Shown here one piece after another: positions 34,499 to 35,713 of a stretch of DNA of 35,713 nt. The notes below the pieces were generated by a model. It was given only the letters and a program-made list of their open reading frames with translations, did no database searches and was not told the origin of the DNA. Origin of the DNA: a virus (Duplodnaviria > Caudoviricetes); IMG/VR virus record IMGVR_UViG_3300035562_000049, positions 1 through 35,713 of that record; one strand, given 5' to 3'. Every line of letters begins with the position of its first letter. The first letter of the stretch is position 1. A program made the translations under genes and the position numbers.

Positions 34499-35479
34499 AT
34501 GTCGATTAAGAAGCTCGAAGGTGGTCAATATGAAGTAGACGTATGGCCCCGCGGACGTAATGGAAAACGAATCCGCAGGCGATTTGAGAAGAAACAAGAG
34601 GCTGTGCTTTTTGAACGTTATGTTCTAGCCAACGCCGACAAAAAAGAATGGCTGGGCGCGAGCGTAGACCGCCGCACCTTAAGTGAATTGTTAGATACCT
34701 GGTGGCTGCTGTACGGACAGACTCAGGAAAATGGTGAGATAGAAAAGCGACACCTGAATAAAACGATCAGGGCATTGGGAGATCCAGCCGTTAACAGGTT
34801 GAGTAAACGCACCATTGCACAACACAGAGGCCAACGGCTGGAAGATGGGATCAGCGCGGCAACGATCAACCGCGATGTATACCGTTTCTCAGGTATGTTC
34901 AGCACGCTGATCAAGCTGGATGAATTCAGGAAGGAAAATCCCTGCAAAGGGCTGGAACCACTGAAAGAAACGCCGCCTGCTATGACTTACCTCGCAAAAT
35001 CAGAGATCAGCAGGTTGCTGAATACCCTGACCGGCGATGATCGGCGCGTAGCATTGCTATGCCTTAGTACTGGCGCACGATGGGGAGAAAGTAGCACATT
35101 GCGTGGTGAGCAGGTAAACCATGGGCGTGTCACATTCCTTAAGACCAAAAACGGGAAAAAGCGGACGGTTCCGATATCGGAAGAACTGGAGGGGGAGATC
35201 AAGACCAGCGACACCGGGCCGCTGTTCAAAGTTGATTATGAAAACTTCTGCGAACGGCTCAAACAGGTTAAACCCGATCTGCCACGCGGGCAGGCCACAC
35301 ATGTGCTTAGGCACACCTTTGCAAGCTGGTTCATGATGAACGGGGGAAACATAATCGCGCTACAGCAAATTCTGGGGCACGCCAGCATACAACAGACGAT
35401 GGTTTATGCTCACCTTGCCCCCGATTACTTGCAATATGCGGTGACGTTAAACCCGCTTGGTGGTGGGCTGTCGGTGTGA
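34499..35479 (+). CDS. int: Tyrosine integrase, WPhi-type
   Basis: STGARWGE, KTKNGK, HVLRH, LGH, Y in TMVYAH; start MSIKKL after GGAGG; resembles the integrase of WPhi, which uses the cpxP-pfkA locus. Confidence 0.95.
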   Translation: MSIKKLEGGQYEVDVWPRGRNGKRIRRRFEKKQEAVLFERYVLANADKKEWLGASVDRRTLSELLDTWWLLYGQTQENGEIEKRHLNKTIRALGDPAVNRLSKRTIAQHRGQRLEDGISAATINRDVYRFSGMFSTLIKLDEFRKENPCKGLEPLKETPPAMTYLAKSEISRLLNTLTGDDRRVALLCLSTGARWGESSTLRGEQVNHGRVTFLKTKNGKKRTVPISEELEGEIKTSDTGPLFKVDYENFCERLKQVKPDLPRGQATHVLRHTFASWFMMNGGNIIALQQILGHASIQQTMVYAHLAPDYLQYAVTLNPLGGGLSV

Positions 35480-35486
35480 CAATGTT

Positions 35487-35504
35487 GTCTACATCTTGTC
35501 TACA
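35487..35504. promoter_or_regulatory. Putative integrase arm-type sites (pair)
   Basis: GTCTACA twice, starts 11 bp apart, same orientation as 3267-3284. Confidence 0.72.
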
Positions 35505-35587
35505 CCCGCAATGCTAAACGCTTCCTGTAACTGCTTATAGCGGTTGCAGGATAGCTTGATTTAAAAGGGATTTTTTCTAAGCACCTG

Positions 35588-35630
35588 AAAAAAAACCCCG
35601 CCATCATGGCGGGGGAAGACAGGGATGGTG
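35588..35630. repeat. Prophage att core, cpxP-side junction
   Basis: 43-bp identity with 3173-3215. Confidence 0.95.
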
Positions 35631-35646
35631 TCTATGGCAAGGAAAA
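35588..35646 (-). ncRNA. cpxQ: CpxQ sRNA (3' UTR of cpxP) including intrinsic terminator
   Basis: Minus strand TTTTCCTTGCCATAGACACCATCCCTGTCTTCCCCCGCCATGATGGCGGGGTTTTTTTT matches the conserved CpxQ sequence. Confidence 0.9.
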
Positions 35647-35653
35647 ACAGGGA

Positions 35654-35713
35654 CTACTCAGTCATACTTAACTTCTGGGCAGAAGTTTGCTGCAAACCAG
35701 AAATTTGTTGCTC
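35654..35713 (-). CDS. cpxP: C-terminus of CpxP (partial)
   Basis: ...EQQISGLQQTSAQKLSMTE* ends just upstream of CpxQ; identity rests on synteny. Confidence 0.75.
   Translation of the reverse strand, partial: EQQISGLQQTSAQKLSMTE

Larger units (their letters stand above)
3173..35630. mobile_element. P2-like prophage, apparently intact, integrated in cpxQ
   Basis: 43-bp flanking direct repeat, integrase next to one end, P2-type head/tail/replication genes, cos and ori; no obvious frameshifts in the ORF track. Confidence 0.97.

Overview
The window holds an apparently complete P2-like (Peduoviridae) prophage of about 32.4 kb (3173-35630). It is integrated in the 3' half and terminator of the CpxQ sRNA, between cpxP (partial, right edge) and fieF (left), in an enterobacterial chromosome that looks Serratia-like (inferred from FieF). 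Visible modules: WPhi-type integrase, C/Cox switch, an early operon with three DNA methyltransferases, a DEDDh exonuclease, TerB and rolling-circle gpA, phd-doc next to cos, head genes QPONML, a lambda-type lysis cassette with embedded Rz1, baseplate/fibre genes, an inverted FI-FII-E-E'-T-U block, D-ogr and two envelope morons. A third, shorter att copy brackets a separate AT-rich 2 kb islet encoding an LTA-synthase/sulfatase-family protein. The strongest unexplained signal is a 60-130 bp non-coding element present three times (11594-11680, 15881-15944, 26706-26832). It is built from 22-bp degenerate palindromes (RCACNRYYA-N4-TRRYNGTGY) joined by conserved short palindromic linkers, and its fullest copy lies directly upstream of an atypical Dam-like methyltransferase gene. 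All family assignments come from motifs and recalled resemblance; no database search was run.
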